A DNA stretch of 64,000 bases from the human T2T-CHM13v2.0 reference genome, Homo sapiens. Of the stretch, positions 37,623 through 56,674 are shown one piece after another (position 1 is the stretch's first letter; every line of letters starts with the position of its first letter). The notes under the pieces were generated by a model. That model did no database searches. It was given only the letters and a program-made list of their open reading frames with translations, and was not told where the DNA came from. The stretch lies in the NCBI RefSeq assembly GCF_009914755.1, contig NC_060935.1. One strand, written 5' to 3'. A program made the position numbers and the translations under genes.

Positions 37623-37673
37623 CCAAATAAGGAGGAAAACGAACGCAGCTGAGCATGGGATGCCATATAAAAA
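37623..37673 (+). promoter_or_regulatory. OOSP2 core promoter: CArG-like box, CAGCTG E-box, TATAAAAA
   Basis: CCAAATAAGG 37623-37632; CAGCTG 37646-37651; TATAAAAA 37666-37673. Confidence 0.7.
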
Positions 37674-37746
37674 TCACTTAAACCAGTCGCCACTCCTTGT
37701 TTCCTGAGTTGTCCTGTGCTGGAGGTCTGCTCAGACGAAGGTCTCC

Positions 37747-37810
37747 ATGGCGTTAGAAGTCTTGATGCTCCTCGCTGTCTTGATTTGGACCGGTGCTGAG
37801 AACCTCCATG
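37747..37810 (+). CDS. OOSP2: OOSP2 exon 1 CDS, signal peptide (MALEVLMLLAVLIWTGAENLH)
   Basis: ccATGG start; CATG|gtaaat phase-1 donor; TATA box at 37666. Confidence 0.93.
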
Positions 37811-38839
37811 GTAAATAACAAGTTTTAGAGAATGCTTCCTCGAAGGAGTTAATCATAATGATCGCTTTCCATGCAGGTGTTTTACTCCCTGAAGAAATCT
37901 GATCTTATTCTAACTGGCTAGAAGAAGAAGCGCTTTCAGGCCAAGTAGACTTGTGTCAATATACGGAGGATACATTTTCTCTTTCTGCCTAAATGTCCCA
38001 GTTCTCAGGCTTTTATTTCTCTCTCTCTCTGTTTTGGTCTTCTCTCTAACTTGAGACTCATTTTCAGAGGTTCTTCAGGAATAGTCCTTGGCTCTCTTTC
38101 AGTCTAACATTTCAAACCCCTGCCAATTACTGGTGCTTGATTGTATCACATTGTAAGATATTCAGTTGCATCTTAGCTGATCTTCCTGCTTCCAGACTCA
38201 TATTTTTGCTTAATGCTGATATTATTGCTGTTTTGTTCCCTTAAAAAGACTGCTCTGAACTTCACCCATGTTAAACTCATCAACGGTTCTGCAAAGTTAA
38301 TAGGAGAAAGCTAAGTCAGCGCGTTGCTGTCTACAAGTTGATTCCAATGTATCTTTTCTGTTTTGCCTGGAATCCAAATGCTTGCCAGCTCCAAGGCCTG
38401 ACTAAATGTAATCTGTAAAGTAGCATTTCAATATTACTTTTTATGTTCTTTATGGTTTCTTTTTGTAGACTTTTTTTGGTAATTTGAAAGGGGGTTTTTC
38501 TTTGAAACTGATACGTCAATTTCTTACCCATTTGGCCTGTAATACCTTTGGAAGCAAAGATCACATATAGCTCCTGATATTTTTCCATTTTACCTAAGAT
38601 GAATTTTAAGAATGCCTAGATCAGTGAAGCTCACCAGGTAACAGTTAACAGTTAATTATTGAAATGAACAGCACATGGAGAGAAAGAGCCACTGTGAATT
38701 CTGGCTATTTAGGGTGGGTAGGGTGTTTAGGCCCTAACTGTCTTTCAGGAAGCCTGAGCAAAGGAAGATTCTGCTGCAGTGAAAGTATCTATGTGTGTTT
38801 CTCAGGCTTTTCTCAGCTATTTGATAGAACGTCAGACTA

Positions 38840-39530
<691 letters not shown>

Positions 39531-40083
39531 TTAATCTTAGCTGCTGGAATTTATTTTCCTTTAGGAAGGACCTTCCTGATCATCTTTCCTAGGTGATGTG
39601 AGAACAGTATTTCAAACACGTAGAGAGACGTGATTTAAAGGTTATGATCACTAATGCAGGACATTTGCCTCTACACCTTTTCTGAAATGTGCATTGTCTT
39701 ACCTTGTTGATGATTTCTCTCTAAAGGCGGAACTTCCAAGCTCCAGTGGTGGTGGAGTCCTCTGTGGCCACTTGCTCATTAATAATTTAAATATGTACCT
39801 TTTAATGCTGAAAAGACTCAGTTCCTCCAAATGAATCTATTGCAAATAATGATTATTATTGACTTACTGACGATTTAAATATAGAGGATAAAGATGGGTT
39901 TTACAACAAAACGTGCATGGAGCTAACATCCCAAATAAAGGGCTTTCTCTCTCTTTTTCCTTTTATGGCTGAGATTGTTTCTGGTTCTGGCTGCTCTAGA
40001 CAAGAATTCTACTGTTCTAGAACCACCCTTTCTCCTCTTTCTCTTTCCAAAAGTATACTGGGATGATATCGCTTTTATTCTAA

Positions 40084-40490
<407 letters not shown>

Positions 40491-40755
40491 CATTTATGCT
40501 TTTTCTTATTCTTGCATGTTGATCCTCCCACCTCCTCCATGAAATTGCTGAAATCTAGTTACATGGGGGCATAATTAGTTAGGTATTTTGGAAAATAATT
40601 TTAATAATGTTTGTAAGAAAACCTTTAAGCCATGGTTACCCTTGCCAGAGAAATAAATGCCTTTTATTTATCACAGAGGGCAGAGTTGACTATTCTTTGA
40701 ACACTTTCTTAAGATAGACACCCTTCTGATGCTTTTCATATGGTTCTTTCCACAG

Positions 40756-40934
40756 TGAAAATAAGTTGCTCTCTGGACTGGTTGATGGTCTCAGTTATCC
40801 CAGTTGCAGAAAGCAGAAATCTGTATATATTTGCGGATGAATTACATCTGGGAATGGGCTGCCCTGCAAATCGGATACATACATATGTATATGAGTTTAT
40901 ATATCTTGTTCGTGATTGTGGCATCAGGACAAGG
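40756..40934 (+). CDS. OOSP2: OOSP2 exon 2 (VKISCSLDW...DCGIRTR)
   Basis: ttctttccacag| acceptor, AGG|gtaaga donor; 179 nt. Confidence 0.95.
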
Positions 40935-41957
40935 GTAAGAACAGTGATTGTTTGTAAAAAATACTGCATGTTTTGTCAGACTTTTATGCCTAGTATTAAA
41001 ATTGTCTTTTAAAAAAATAATGTTTGCTTCTCATTGTAGTAATTTATGGGCAGGGGACAACGGAATTTATCATTATTTTTCACTGAATATTGGGTCATTC
41101 TGTGTGCACAGGACCTTAGATCACAGATTTATAAATTGGCTAGGGAACTGATTCTAAGTTGCCCTTAGGCTACTATTATATTTTACTAAATATTAGCAGA
41201 CTGCTTTAAATTTTGTGTGATTCTTCTAATGTGGAAGGTCACCAATCTTGGGAAGCTCCATCATGTTCAATGTTAGGTCATTTGAAATCTATCCATGTTC
41301 CATGAGGATTTGTGTAAATATATAGTGGATTTTCATTGAAATGAAATCTCTTGTCATTCAGCTAGGCACAAATCCTAAATTGCGTTGTTATCCTGGGATA
41401 TTATCTTCTCACAGATTCCCAAATTTAAGCAATTTATATTCACACTACACAAATATTTTGGGCCAGTGACCAATGATAATAACAATCATTTTTGAATAAA
41501 GTATTTTATTTTAGAAATTGGGAACTTGGAGCTTCAGAAGGTGCTTTACCAGCTTTTCCAGGGATGCACTGCTTGTTGGTGGTAGTTTAGATACCAAACC
41601 AGGATGAATACTCTCCGAAGCTTGTGCTTTAAACCACTCTCCGTTATTTGACTTACAAATCACCTTTCTCAAAGGAACTGTTGGAAACCTTTTCATTAAT
41701 GAATCATAAAGATGGCTGTAAGCGGCAGTTTAAATTTGCTGCAATGAATTAAGATTGTTTTGCCCCCAGGCATTTTAAATTCACTCTTAGGGATAACACT
41801 CCTCTTCTGTCCCAGTGAGTTGTCATATCTTTATTTATATTTAAGAATGACAGTAGCCATTTTTGAGATCATGAATGTTTTTTACATCCTATTCAAGTGT
41901 GTGTATTCCTCATCTGTTACTCCAAATATCTTCCACTGAAACTTCATGCTCTCCTAG

Positions 41958-42061
41958 GTAGTTTCTGAGGAAACTCTCCTTTTTCAAACCGAGCTGTACT
42001 TTACCCCAAGGAATATAGATCATGACCCTCAGGAAATCCATTTGGAGTGTTCCACCTCTAG
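41958..42061 (+). CDS. OOSP2: OOSP2 exon 3 (VVSEETLLFQ...IHLECSTS+AG)
   Basis: ctctcctag| acceptor, AG|gtaagt donor; 104 nt, phase 0 to 2. Confidence 0.95.
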
Positions 42062-43050
42062 GTAAGTCCAGCAGATTTGATTCCTTTGGAATGTTTTAGC
42101 TTTACCTTTGCTTATGAGAAGCTTCTGCAGAAGCATAGACTTTAGAGAATATAACATGATTCACCCATAAGTATAATTGTAAACAAACCCCAAATTAGTA
42201 TTTACACAAATATTTTAATGAGTACTTTAAAATGTTTTAATATTTTGAATGTAATGTTTATTTTAGAATAAAAACATATAGATTTATAATGGTCCTAACA
42301 ATCTAGTGTAACTATGTTATTTTATAATAACTCAACTACAAAGCAGAGTCATTAAATACTCTGTCACCTTTAGTAAGTGATAGGATTAAGCACTGATATT
42401 ATCTTTCAATGTTTTGTCTTTTATAATATTCTGATACATTTTATTGCTCAATTTCATCTTATAAGAGTAAGTGGCTAAAAACATAAGAAAATCAGTCCTT
42501 CATTTAATACTAACTCATGGAGAATACATGAAGGGAGGGCTTATCAGCCTAATTATTAAATGTACTTTGCTTGCAATTTTGTGGAACTGAGATATTGAAT
42601 CCCAAGAGCCTCGTGTGAACTTTGAGACTAAGTGGAAAGGTATCCTGATACACTTTTTTTTTTTTTGCCATGCCATTGAAATATTTATGTTAAGTCTTAT
42701 AAATCTGAGTGAAGAACCTTGGAAACTATCTCAAAACCACAGGAAAATTTTTATCCTTGCTTAATATGTGAAAATAGTTGACATCAAAATAAGAATTTAG
42801 AGCTCAGCCAATGTGCAATGTCTTAATGTGATTATAGTACTTTTTCTCAAGGAGAGGCAGAATTTTTTTTTAATTTTGGTAAAATATACATAATCTTGTA
42901 CATTTGTACAAGTTGTAAATTTGTTAAAATGTATATAATCTTTTTTAATTTTGGGAAAATGTACAAATCTTTTAATTTTGGTAAAATGTACATAATCTAA
43001 GATACCATTTTAAGTGTACAGTTCAGTGGCATTAAGTCCATTCACATTGT

Positions 43051-43136
43051 TAATACTTTTACTCTTCCCTTTAACTTATTTTCATAAAGTATTTTCATAA
43101 TACTTTTACTCTTCCCTTTAACTTATTTTCATAAAG
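43051..43136 (+). repeat. 39-bp direct repeat, period 47
   Basis: TAATACTTTTACTCTTCCCTTTAACTTATTTTCATAAAG twice. Confidence 0.85.
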
Positions 43137-43197
43137 GCTGAGGGATTTAGTGATATTCAGGAACATAGCTGAACTCTAAATAGAAACCACCCCTTGA

Positions 43198-43555
43198 TTC
43201 TCTGTCTCTATCTCTGTCTCTGTCCTTGTCTGTCCCTGTCTTTCTGGTCTGTCCCTGTTTCTCTGGCCTGTCTCTCTGGTCTGTCCCTCTGTCTCTCACT
43301 CTGCCTTTGCCTCTGTCTCTGTCTGTCTGTCTGTCTCTCTGTCTTTGTCTGTCTCTCTCTGTCTGTCTCTCTCTCTCTGTCTCTGTCCCTGTCTCTCTGG
43401 TCTGTCCCTGTCTCTCTGGCCTGTCTCTCTGTCTCTCTGGTCTCTCTGTCTCTCGCTCTGCCTCTCTCTCGGTTTCTCTGTCTCTCTCTCTCTCTCTGTC
43501 TCTCTCTCTTTCTCCCTGTCTCTCTCCATCTCCATCTCTTTGTCTCTGTCTACCT
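43198..43555 (+). repeat. Complex (TC/TCTG)n low-complexity tract in OOSP2 intron 3
   Basis: Directly visible; almost no A on the + strand. Confidence 0.9.
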
Positions 43556-44230
43556 TTCACACACATACATATGTTTTCAATTCTATGAACTACCCAAAGC
43601 TTGGAGCAACACAGAGTTCTGATCTAATGCCTCAGAACTACTGCCTTTCCGTAGGCTGCCAGAGTAATCATGATAAATAGATATTCCTATTTTGATAGTA
43701 ACTACTATGTTGCTTGAAGCCTACTTTCCTTAAAAAAAAAATGAAGACTTGGCCAACAAAGTTGTCTGTTTAGGTTTTGGGTGCATGAATTTTAATGTTG
43801 TAGTCTCTCTCTCTCATATTCACTTACTCACATTGACATATAGAACTTTGCTGCCACTACAGTGGGACAGATTAAGCTTTTGGTGGCTTTTTCTTACTGT
43901 TCTTAGGATCCATTTGGCTGAGTCTGTTTTGCTGGGTACATTGGTACTCTTCTAATGCAAGCATCACAAATTATCTAAGACCATTCGTCTTTCTACTCAG
44001 TGTTTGATGCAGAAATCATGGGGAGACTATCTGGAATTAGTTCTTCTGTAAGCCTATCTGCTCAAATCCTGTACCAAGAGTCCACGAGGATCTAGAAGGC
44101 ATAGTATGCTGGCTCTATGCCATACTCCTGAATGACTATTCTGTATATGATCATGATATTAAACAGTGGTAAAACTGACTTGATCCCAAGTGCTCCAACA
44201 CTATCTGCTTTCTGTTTCCCTTTTCTTTAG

Positions 44231-44360
44231 GAAATCAGTGTGGCTTACACCAGTTTCTACTGAGAATGAAATAAAATTGGATCCTAGTCCTTTTATTGCT
44301 GACTTTCAGACAACAGCAGAAGAGTTAGGATTATTATCTTCTAGTCCAAACTTGCTCTGA
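44231..44360 (+). CDS. OOSP2: OOSP2 exon 4 CDS (RKSVWLTPVSTENE...SSSPNLL*)
   Basis: Long pyrimidine tract + ctttag|; TGA at 44358-44360. Confidence 0.95.
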
Positions 44361-44683
44361 GCTAAAGGAGAAATGGAAACTTGAAGCTGGTGTTATGTAT
44401 TTTGCAGGAAAACAGTTTCATTTTTTCATAGCAAAAATATAGTTGGTGTATATCTCTCCTTAAGTCTCTGGTTTCTAAAAACCCTACTTCAGTAAAGGTC
44501 CTGATTAGTTGATTAGTGAATGTGTATTTCTAAATATTTGTATTCAGTAGGGGTATGGCTGATTAATTTAACATTAACTATTAGGTAATTCATATTATAC
44601 ATTTAAGTTCTTTCTGTTCTGTGTAGAAGATTCAGAAATATGTCTTCAAAGACAATGACTTGATCTAATTGATAAGAACCTCC

Positions 44684-44719
44684 AATAAATATGTTCTAAT
44701 ATTTTTCAGGAAGAATAAA
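44684..44719 (+). terminator. OOSP2 candidate proximal poly(A) signals
   Basis: AATAAA at 44684 and 44714. Confidence 0.5.
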
Positions 44720-45742
44720 GAATAGAGAGAGACATATAAATGTGCAAGAGGCAAAACTTTGAGCATAGTGTAAAATTTAACATATTAACTCTCACGAAAG
44801 GCAAAATCCTTTTATGTGCAGATACTTTAATTCATGTAGATTTTCCTATTAATCAGTAAAGTTGAATCCTAACAATAATGCCATGTGACAACCTATTTAG
44901 ATTATTCCAGAATTAAATTCAATTTATTTTCTAGAGCTCAAGTAACCACTACCTTAACTGAAATTTGATGTTAGGTTTCCCTTGTTCCTCCGAATGGTTC
45001 TTCCACACTCAAAATAATTGAATGGTTGAGTTGGTTAAGCAAAGAGTTATCCTGCCACCTAAGAGCATTCATTAAATGATTATTTATTACCACCTACTTT
45101 ATACTATCTTCCTTTCTTTAAACATGGAGTCTAAATATGTAATATATCAAAAAATACTTCTGATTTGGTAGATTTCTTATATCAAGGGTGAGAATTGAAC
45201 TGTGCCATTGGCTATTCAATAGCTTATTGAATGTATGTTTTGGATGCCACATCCTCCTGGAAGCAAATTTTGCCAAGATACTGTTTATTATTATTTTTAA
45301 TTAAAGTGATACTATTCCATTTTCAATTAAATGCTGTCTGTAGCTGTTAACTTGTCAGATAAAGAATTTGACCCTGTCATAGTGAACATCTGTCTTTACC
45401 AGTTAACATGCAGCTAAGAGGTAATACTTCTATGGGACTTCCTAAGGGTCAGAATATGGTACAAGTACATTGCGATAAATTATTTAATCTTCTTAAAGAG
45501 TGAAATATATCATGATTATCCCAATTTTACAGATAAGCAAACAGAGGTTAAATCATTTGCCTGAGTCACATAACTTGTTGGTGTTGGTTCAAGATTTAAA
45601 ATAGGGCAATCTGCCTTTAGATCTGTCTCTATACTCTCTCTTTGTATATTAGCCACTATACTCTACTGCTTGGAATCATCTTAAGTTGCTGAACTTTAGT
45701 TCTCTAGAAAACAATTGCTATTCAAGCAGTTATACAACTCTC

Positions 45743-45748
45743 AATAAA
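45743..45748 (+). terminator. OOSP2 candidate distal poly(A) signal
   Basis: AATAAA followed by gtgtttctct. Confidence 0.55.
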
Positions 45749-45941
45749 ACTTAAAGTTGAGCAATAGTGTTTCTCTTGAATATAGAAGTAAAATTATTTT
45801 ATATAAACCGATTTCAGAGAATATTGGGCAGGTGAATGGTTGCTGAAAACAAAGTAAATTATTGAGTGTGAGATAATACGTATGTACAAGATAAAGAGTG
45901 ATGTGGCTGGATTTTAGAAGGGTGGCTCTAAAGCCTCTTCA

Positions 45942-49168
<3,227 letters not shown>

Positions 49169-49558
49169 AAAAAAAAGAATGTGTTCATGTAGAACTCAAT
49201 GGTTACCTTTCGTGAGGAGAATGCAAATCAAGGCAAAAGAAGATTAAAGAGCTGTAATATTTCACATGAAGCCCATCTTGCACTATAGAAAATGTACTTA
49301 TCAGGATGAAATCCCATTAAAATGGCTGTCAAAAATGAAATCTGTTTAACTCCAAACTAAGATACAATTTTACACCCTAAAATAAAGTACATAGGCCACC
49401 CTAGTAGAAGAGGTGATCTTTCTTAGAGAAATGCATTTGTTTTTTCCTATCTTATTTCCAACTATCTCGTTATAAAGGTCTTTTAGACATACCCAGTAGT
49501 TCTACAATCTGGCTTCACATTAGCGTTACCTTGGGACCTTTAAAAAATGTTTGTGTTG

Positions 49559-49879
<321 letters not shown>

Positions 49880-50804
49880 TCATGACAAATATCCTGATTT
49901 AATGTCTTATAAACTTCCCAGAAGATTCCACTAGGTAGTTGAAAGTAGAACTGTTGTATTAGCATTTTCTATCTAGGCTATTTCCATGTTTACCAATAAA
50001 TGACATGATAAATTCTTCCAGTTTTCTTAGGACCTCTAAAACAACAGTGCCTTCATTCAAATGCTAAGATTGGATTTCTAGTCCATTTTCCTCGTTTATT
50101 TGAAAACACAGCATGAGGTCAAAACAAGAATGAATCAAAGGTAGTTTCTGATTGTTGGTTTTATTTGATGGCTCATTATTTCAAGACCTCTTGGAACAAC
50201 AATCCTTGTCCGTCTTAATCTTTTATTAATCTTACAATTATAGTAACTAATGCCATTTCAACGTGATTTCAACTTGTGACTTTTGCAACATTATAAACTG
50301 GTAAATTATGAATTAAACACGTTTAATGCACCCCAAAGTCAAAAACCTTAGGTGGTTAAGTGTTTTAAGAGCTTATACATGTGTTAAGATATATAAAGGT
50401 ACTGCTTCATGAAGAATGTGATTTTAATATGTACACACATGGGCATGAGTGTGTATGGGGGGGTAAAACAGACAGTGCAAGCAATAATATTTAGTAAGTA
50501 GATAAGACCAGCAAGTCTTGAGAAATATATTGCTTTTTAGTCAAATGGGGCACTTGTAAATGAATAGCTAGACTATAGGTGAATTCACTCGAAGATTTCC
50601 TTTTCCTTTTGGAAATTTGCTACTTGAGTTTTGAACTTGATTATTCTTTAAGGTATTTCAGCACTGAAAGCTAGTCAGTCTCTCCTTGATCATGTCTCCT
50701 TGCCATTGGGAAATATTGCATGCAAGTGGAAAAAAGGTCTATGAATCTTCTATTTTTCCCTTTTTAATTTGTTTAAAAAATTTTTTAATTTATTTATTTT
50801 TATT

Positions 50805-51590
<786 letters not shown>

Positions 51591-52820
51591 ATTTTTATGT
51601 ATTTATTTTACTGTTCCCCCCTCAGCTTTAATGAGGTACAGTCAGATACATATGTTCTGCAGATCTAATGAACAGCATGATAACTGAAGTTAATACTGTA
51701 CTATGTACTTGAAGTTTAAGAGAGGAGATCTTAAATGTTCTCACCACCACCACCAAAAAAAAAAAAAGATGATTATGTGATCTGATGTGATCAGTAGATT
51801 ATCTGCTTTGTGTTAGTGACTTCACAATGCACACATGTGTCAAAACATGTTGTACATGGTAAGTATATTAAATTTTTATTTGTGAATCTTCCTTTGAAAG
51901 CAGTTTCTCACAATCATTCTCTAAGGAATTGAAGAAAGAGCTCAATCATTTTTATTATTTACTTTGAACTCATGTGAAGATCTTAGTTATTAAGACCTTT
52001 ACATGCATTCTGTCATTTATACTTTATACCCCAAAGTGGGCACTATGATCTTCAACTTACAAATGGGAGAACCGAAGTCTTAGAGTTTAAGTAACTTCCT
52101 TTCATGGCTTTTTCTACAGCTCCAAATTCAAAAAGAGCATGTTGAAAGCATCCACTCTTTCCTTTCATTTCTTCAGATTTCTTTCTCTTCTTCGCTGAAG
52201 GCATTTTCTTGTCATCTCTTTCTTCTTCAGTATTCCATTTGCAATGGTTCTGGATAAAACGGGGAGGGAAGGATCTTATCTTTACCACCTTCCTTTTGGC
52301 TATTTCCTTCTGACTTCTGTCTCTGTCTCTGTCTTCTCTTTCATCAGTCCCTTCCTTCGCTCCTAAATGTAGACCCTGGAGAGCCGCTGCCCTAGGGCTC
52401 AGGTGCCAGCTCTCTTAGCAGAAGCACCTGTGCAGAAATTTTCTGGCAACTGGGCCCCTGCTCATTTCATATTCACAATCTCTGCCCACACACTATGTTT
52501 TGGTCTTGGTAACTGGCCCTCTTTCTCTTTCCTGTGATCACGTCCCCACTGACGCTCCTGTTTGTAGGACTAGGACCTCGCTTTCCTTGCTGTGAACATT
52601 CTTCTCTGTCTCACAGACTCCCCTGGGGCATGGATCAGGGGCTGTGCCCTCATTCTTTCTCTCAGGCCTGGCCCTGTGACCTTCATAAGGATTGTGGTTT
52701 GAATCTTCACGTTACCTACTTCCTTACTCCTTGTCACTTGGCTCTGATCTTTCTATTGCCTATTTTAGGACATTTATTTAGGATAAGCATATAATTTGGC
52801 CACTTTTGAAACTGAAAGGA

Positions 52821-53163
52821 GGCCGGGCGCGATGGCTCATGCCTGTAATCCCAGCACTTTGGGAGGCTGAGGCAGGTGAATCACCGGAGGTCAGGAGTTC
52901 GAGACCAGCATGACCAATACGGTGAAACCCTGTCTCTACTAAAAATACAAAAATTAGCTGGGAGTGGTGGTGCATGCCTGTAGTTGCAGCTATTCAGGAG
53001 GCTGGAACAGGAGAATTGCTTGAACCCGGGAGGCGGAGGTTGCAGTAAGCCAAGATTGCACCATTGCATTCCAGCCTGGATGACAGAGTGAGACGCCATC
53101 TCAATAAACAAACGAAACAAACAAACAAATACAAAAAACCTAAAAAAACCAAAAAACAAAAAA
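52821..53163 (+). mobile_element. AluS
   Basis: TSD gaaactgaaagga. Confidence 0.92.
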
Positions 53164-53879
53164 GAAACTGAAAGGAGGGGTTTTAACAATCATATTAGGA
53201 TAACAGGCACACTTCGGGCTTCACCATTGTACAAAACAGAGATTTTGCACAGGGCTTTTCCAGTTAAATTTTAGGAAAGCTGGGTAACATTTCTATACCA
53301 TAGTTTTCTCTACCATAACATCGGGTTAATAGTAGTACCTGGGTCCTGGGTTATTGTGAGGATGAGATGAATTAACATATGTAAAGCATTCAGAACAATG
53401 ACCTGTATGTAGTAACCATTTAATACATTTAAACAATAATTAGCATTATTATTATATCTGTGATATTGGGCAAAGTAATTAACCTCTCTAAGCATGTAAG
53501 AATTGAATGTCATCACGCATATAAGGTACATAGCACCGTTGCTGGCACATCATGTAAAATAAGTGCCTGAGTGACCACCTCCCTCCTCCAGATGCTTCTC
53601 TTACAGTGTGACTTTGTCTCTTCTTGCTATGCACCTAACACTGTTCTACCTCCAACCCACAACCTCTTCCCACTTGTCTACCCATATTGTTGCTTGTGTT
53701 TCCTGTTCCAGCAATGTGTTAAGCAACATCTGAAAGCCAGAAGACAGTTATCCCTCACACCAGTTTCCTAATCATCACTAAGCCCTGGGGAAACACAATG
53801 GATCAGCGAGGCCCCAAATGCAGATGTGATTAGCACACTGGTCAGTCAGCCCGCAAAACACTTTCACCAAGTCCTCTAA

Positions 53880-53931
53880 AGTGTTGCATAAGGCAAAGAT
53901 AACGTTAAGTCTGTGGAGGCTTCCGTTATCG
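53880..53931 (+). promoter_or_regulatory. MS4A3 proximal promoter with myeloid TF motifs
   Basis: TTGCATAA (C/EBP-like) 53884-53891, AGATAA (GATA) 53897-53902, CTTCC (ETS core) and CCGTTA (MYB, reverse strand) 53920-53928. Confidence 0.55.
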
Positions 53932-54027
53932 GGAAAAGATGCTGTAGTGATCTTTTCTGAGTGTCTCCTACTTGCGACAAGGTGGACTTGGGAGGAAAGC
54001 CGTCTGCCAAAGCCTGAAGCCTCCAAG
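53930..54027 (+). other. MS4A3: MS4A3 non-coding exon 1 (5' end approximate)
   Basis: ...gcctccAAG|gtatag donor; joins the exon-2 acceptor at 58434 to give the MS4A3 5'UTR as recalled. Confidence 0.7.
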
Positions 54028-54679
54028 GTATAGATTCCCTCTCCATAGACATTCCCCTTTCTTTTATATCTTTCGTTAAAATGCCTCCCAGTGGACTACT
54101 GGGGATGTCTGCAAAGGTCTCTGTTTGGTTGCTATGTAGAGGTTTGGAACATTTAACTGTGAACATGGCTTCTCTTTAGGATGTGATGATTCCTTTGGAG
54201 CCATGATAAAAAGTGTTAGACATAATAATACAGCAATTTCTTTGGGAAAATGTGGGTATGGATACACACACATGCACACGCACCTCTTAGGTACATTAAA
54301 TCCCACTGGCTGCACCTGAGTTTGTCTGCCAGCTCTGATGATGAGGGGTGGTCTCGATATGCCTGAAGTATGGGGTCTGCAAAGTGCATTTTAGCATAGC
54401 TCAGGGGACAGTGGAGTGTAATGATAGCTTGAGGTTCTGATTTTTAGCTTCTCAAATTGCTGGCTGTGTGGGCTTGGGAAAGCTACTTAACTTCTTTGTT
54501 CCTCAGCTTCTTCATCTGTTAGATGGAAAGGATCATAGCAGTAGTACCCATTCATCTGATGTTGTGAGAACTAAATTAGTAAACATGGATAAAGCCCTTA
54601 GAACAAATGCCTGCCACATACTAAGAGCTGGAGAGATGAACTTAACTGGCAGTTTCCTAGAAAATCTACATTTCTCTGA

Positions 54680-54990
<311 letters not shown>

Positions 54991-55512
54991 CATTTCTCTG
55001 ATTTTTTTAAAAATAAATAACTGATTTAACCAAATTTTAGAAAACATAGTTTGTTTCACCTGGAGGCTGAAAATTCTCCCTGATTATTTTGATTATTTGA
55101 AACAAATCAAGTTAAATAATATGGTTAGATATTTGCTCTCTTCAGAAATGCTCTTGGAGTTTCTTGAGATGAGAGGCTCCAGTGCTTGCAGAGGTATTTT
55201 CCATCATCATTTATCAGGATGGCTACCTTGGGCTGGACCAAAAGTCTGGTTACTGATTGAACATGTGTGTTAACTGAGTGCTTGCCATCTGATGATTCTG
55301 AGCTAGGCACTGGAGTTGCAGTGATGAGTAGACAACGAGGTAACAGACAAGTATCCAGGCAATTAAAGCTCAGGCTGATTAAGTGGTATGAGAAGGAAAG
55401 TTGAGGAAATTTTGAGAGCAACCCAAAGGGGTGCATGCTTCTTCCAGAGTTGGCCAGGACTAAAAACAGCATCCTGGAAGTATGACATGTGGGCTGAAAA
55501 TCAGTCTGGAAG

Positions 55513-55832
<320 letters not shown>

Positions 55833-56674
55833 CAGTCTGGAAGGAGAGCAGAAATTATCCAGGTGAAGCTTGAGGGGACTTGTCTTTCAGGAATGGGGGA
55901 TAGCACAGAGGATTGAAGACATTTGAGGGTTTAGAACTTCTGAAGGAAGACAAATCAAGAAAATAAGGCTGGATGGAGTTTTGAGATAGGGATGGGTGAG
56001 GGGTGAGGCAGGAGACGTAGGCGAGAGATTATCTGGTCATAAAGCAGCAACATTCTCCGTATTGCATGCATCTTAGTTCATTAGATATTTAATCCAAAAT
56101 ACACACAAATTTCCCAGTGGATAAATTTGAAGTCTTGGCTTTTTGGCTATTCTTATTTATACTTTTTGCAGATAATTACGTTAGGAACTTATTCACATAG
56201 AGTTTGCTTTAAGCTTTATTGATCTTCCCTCGCTCTTGGGTTCTGTACAGTGTTGAACACGGGGGGTTAAGGGTTCCTTGTCATTTCACATTTATCCATA
56301 CTTAAATACATACAGAATGTAATTTAATCTTGGCATGAAAATCAATATTGGTAGGAAACTTTGATGAAGAGTATTGGTAGCAAAATTTTATGACATTTAT
56401 AATAAATGTTTTATCAGTATTGGTAGAGAATTTTATGAATTTTTATAGCAATTCCCAGTGTAATAATAAAACATGGCTTGACTCTCACTTTTAGTCAATG
56501 CTTAGTAAATTTGTCATCACACTTAAATGAGTCATACACACCCCCAGAGTAGAGTATCAGAAAGGTAAACATCCTGAAAGTGGCGTGTATTTAGCTTGAC
56601 AAAAAATTAAGTTATTAGAAAAATGGATCTAGTATATAATTTGTAACAAAGAGTAGAAATTAAGATACTATACT

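Noticed and set aside
41951-41963. AG|GTAGTT at the OOSP2 exon 3 start as a recursive site
   Set aside because: Weak donor, explained by the Val-Val codons.
43147-43680. RE-rich and SL-rich ORFs
   Set aside because: Translations of a TC/TCTG microsatellite.
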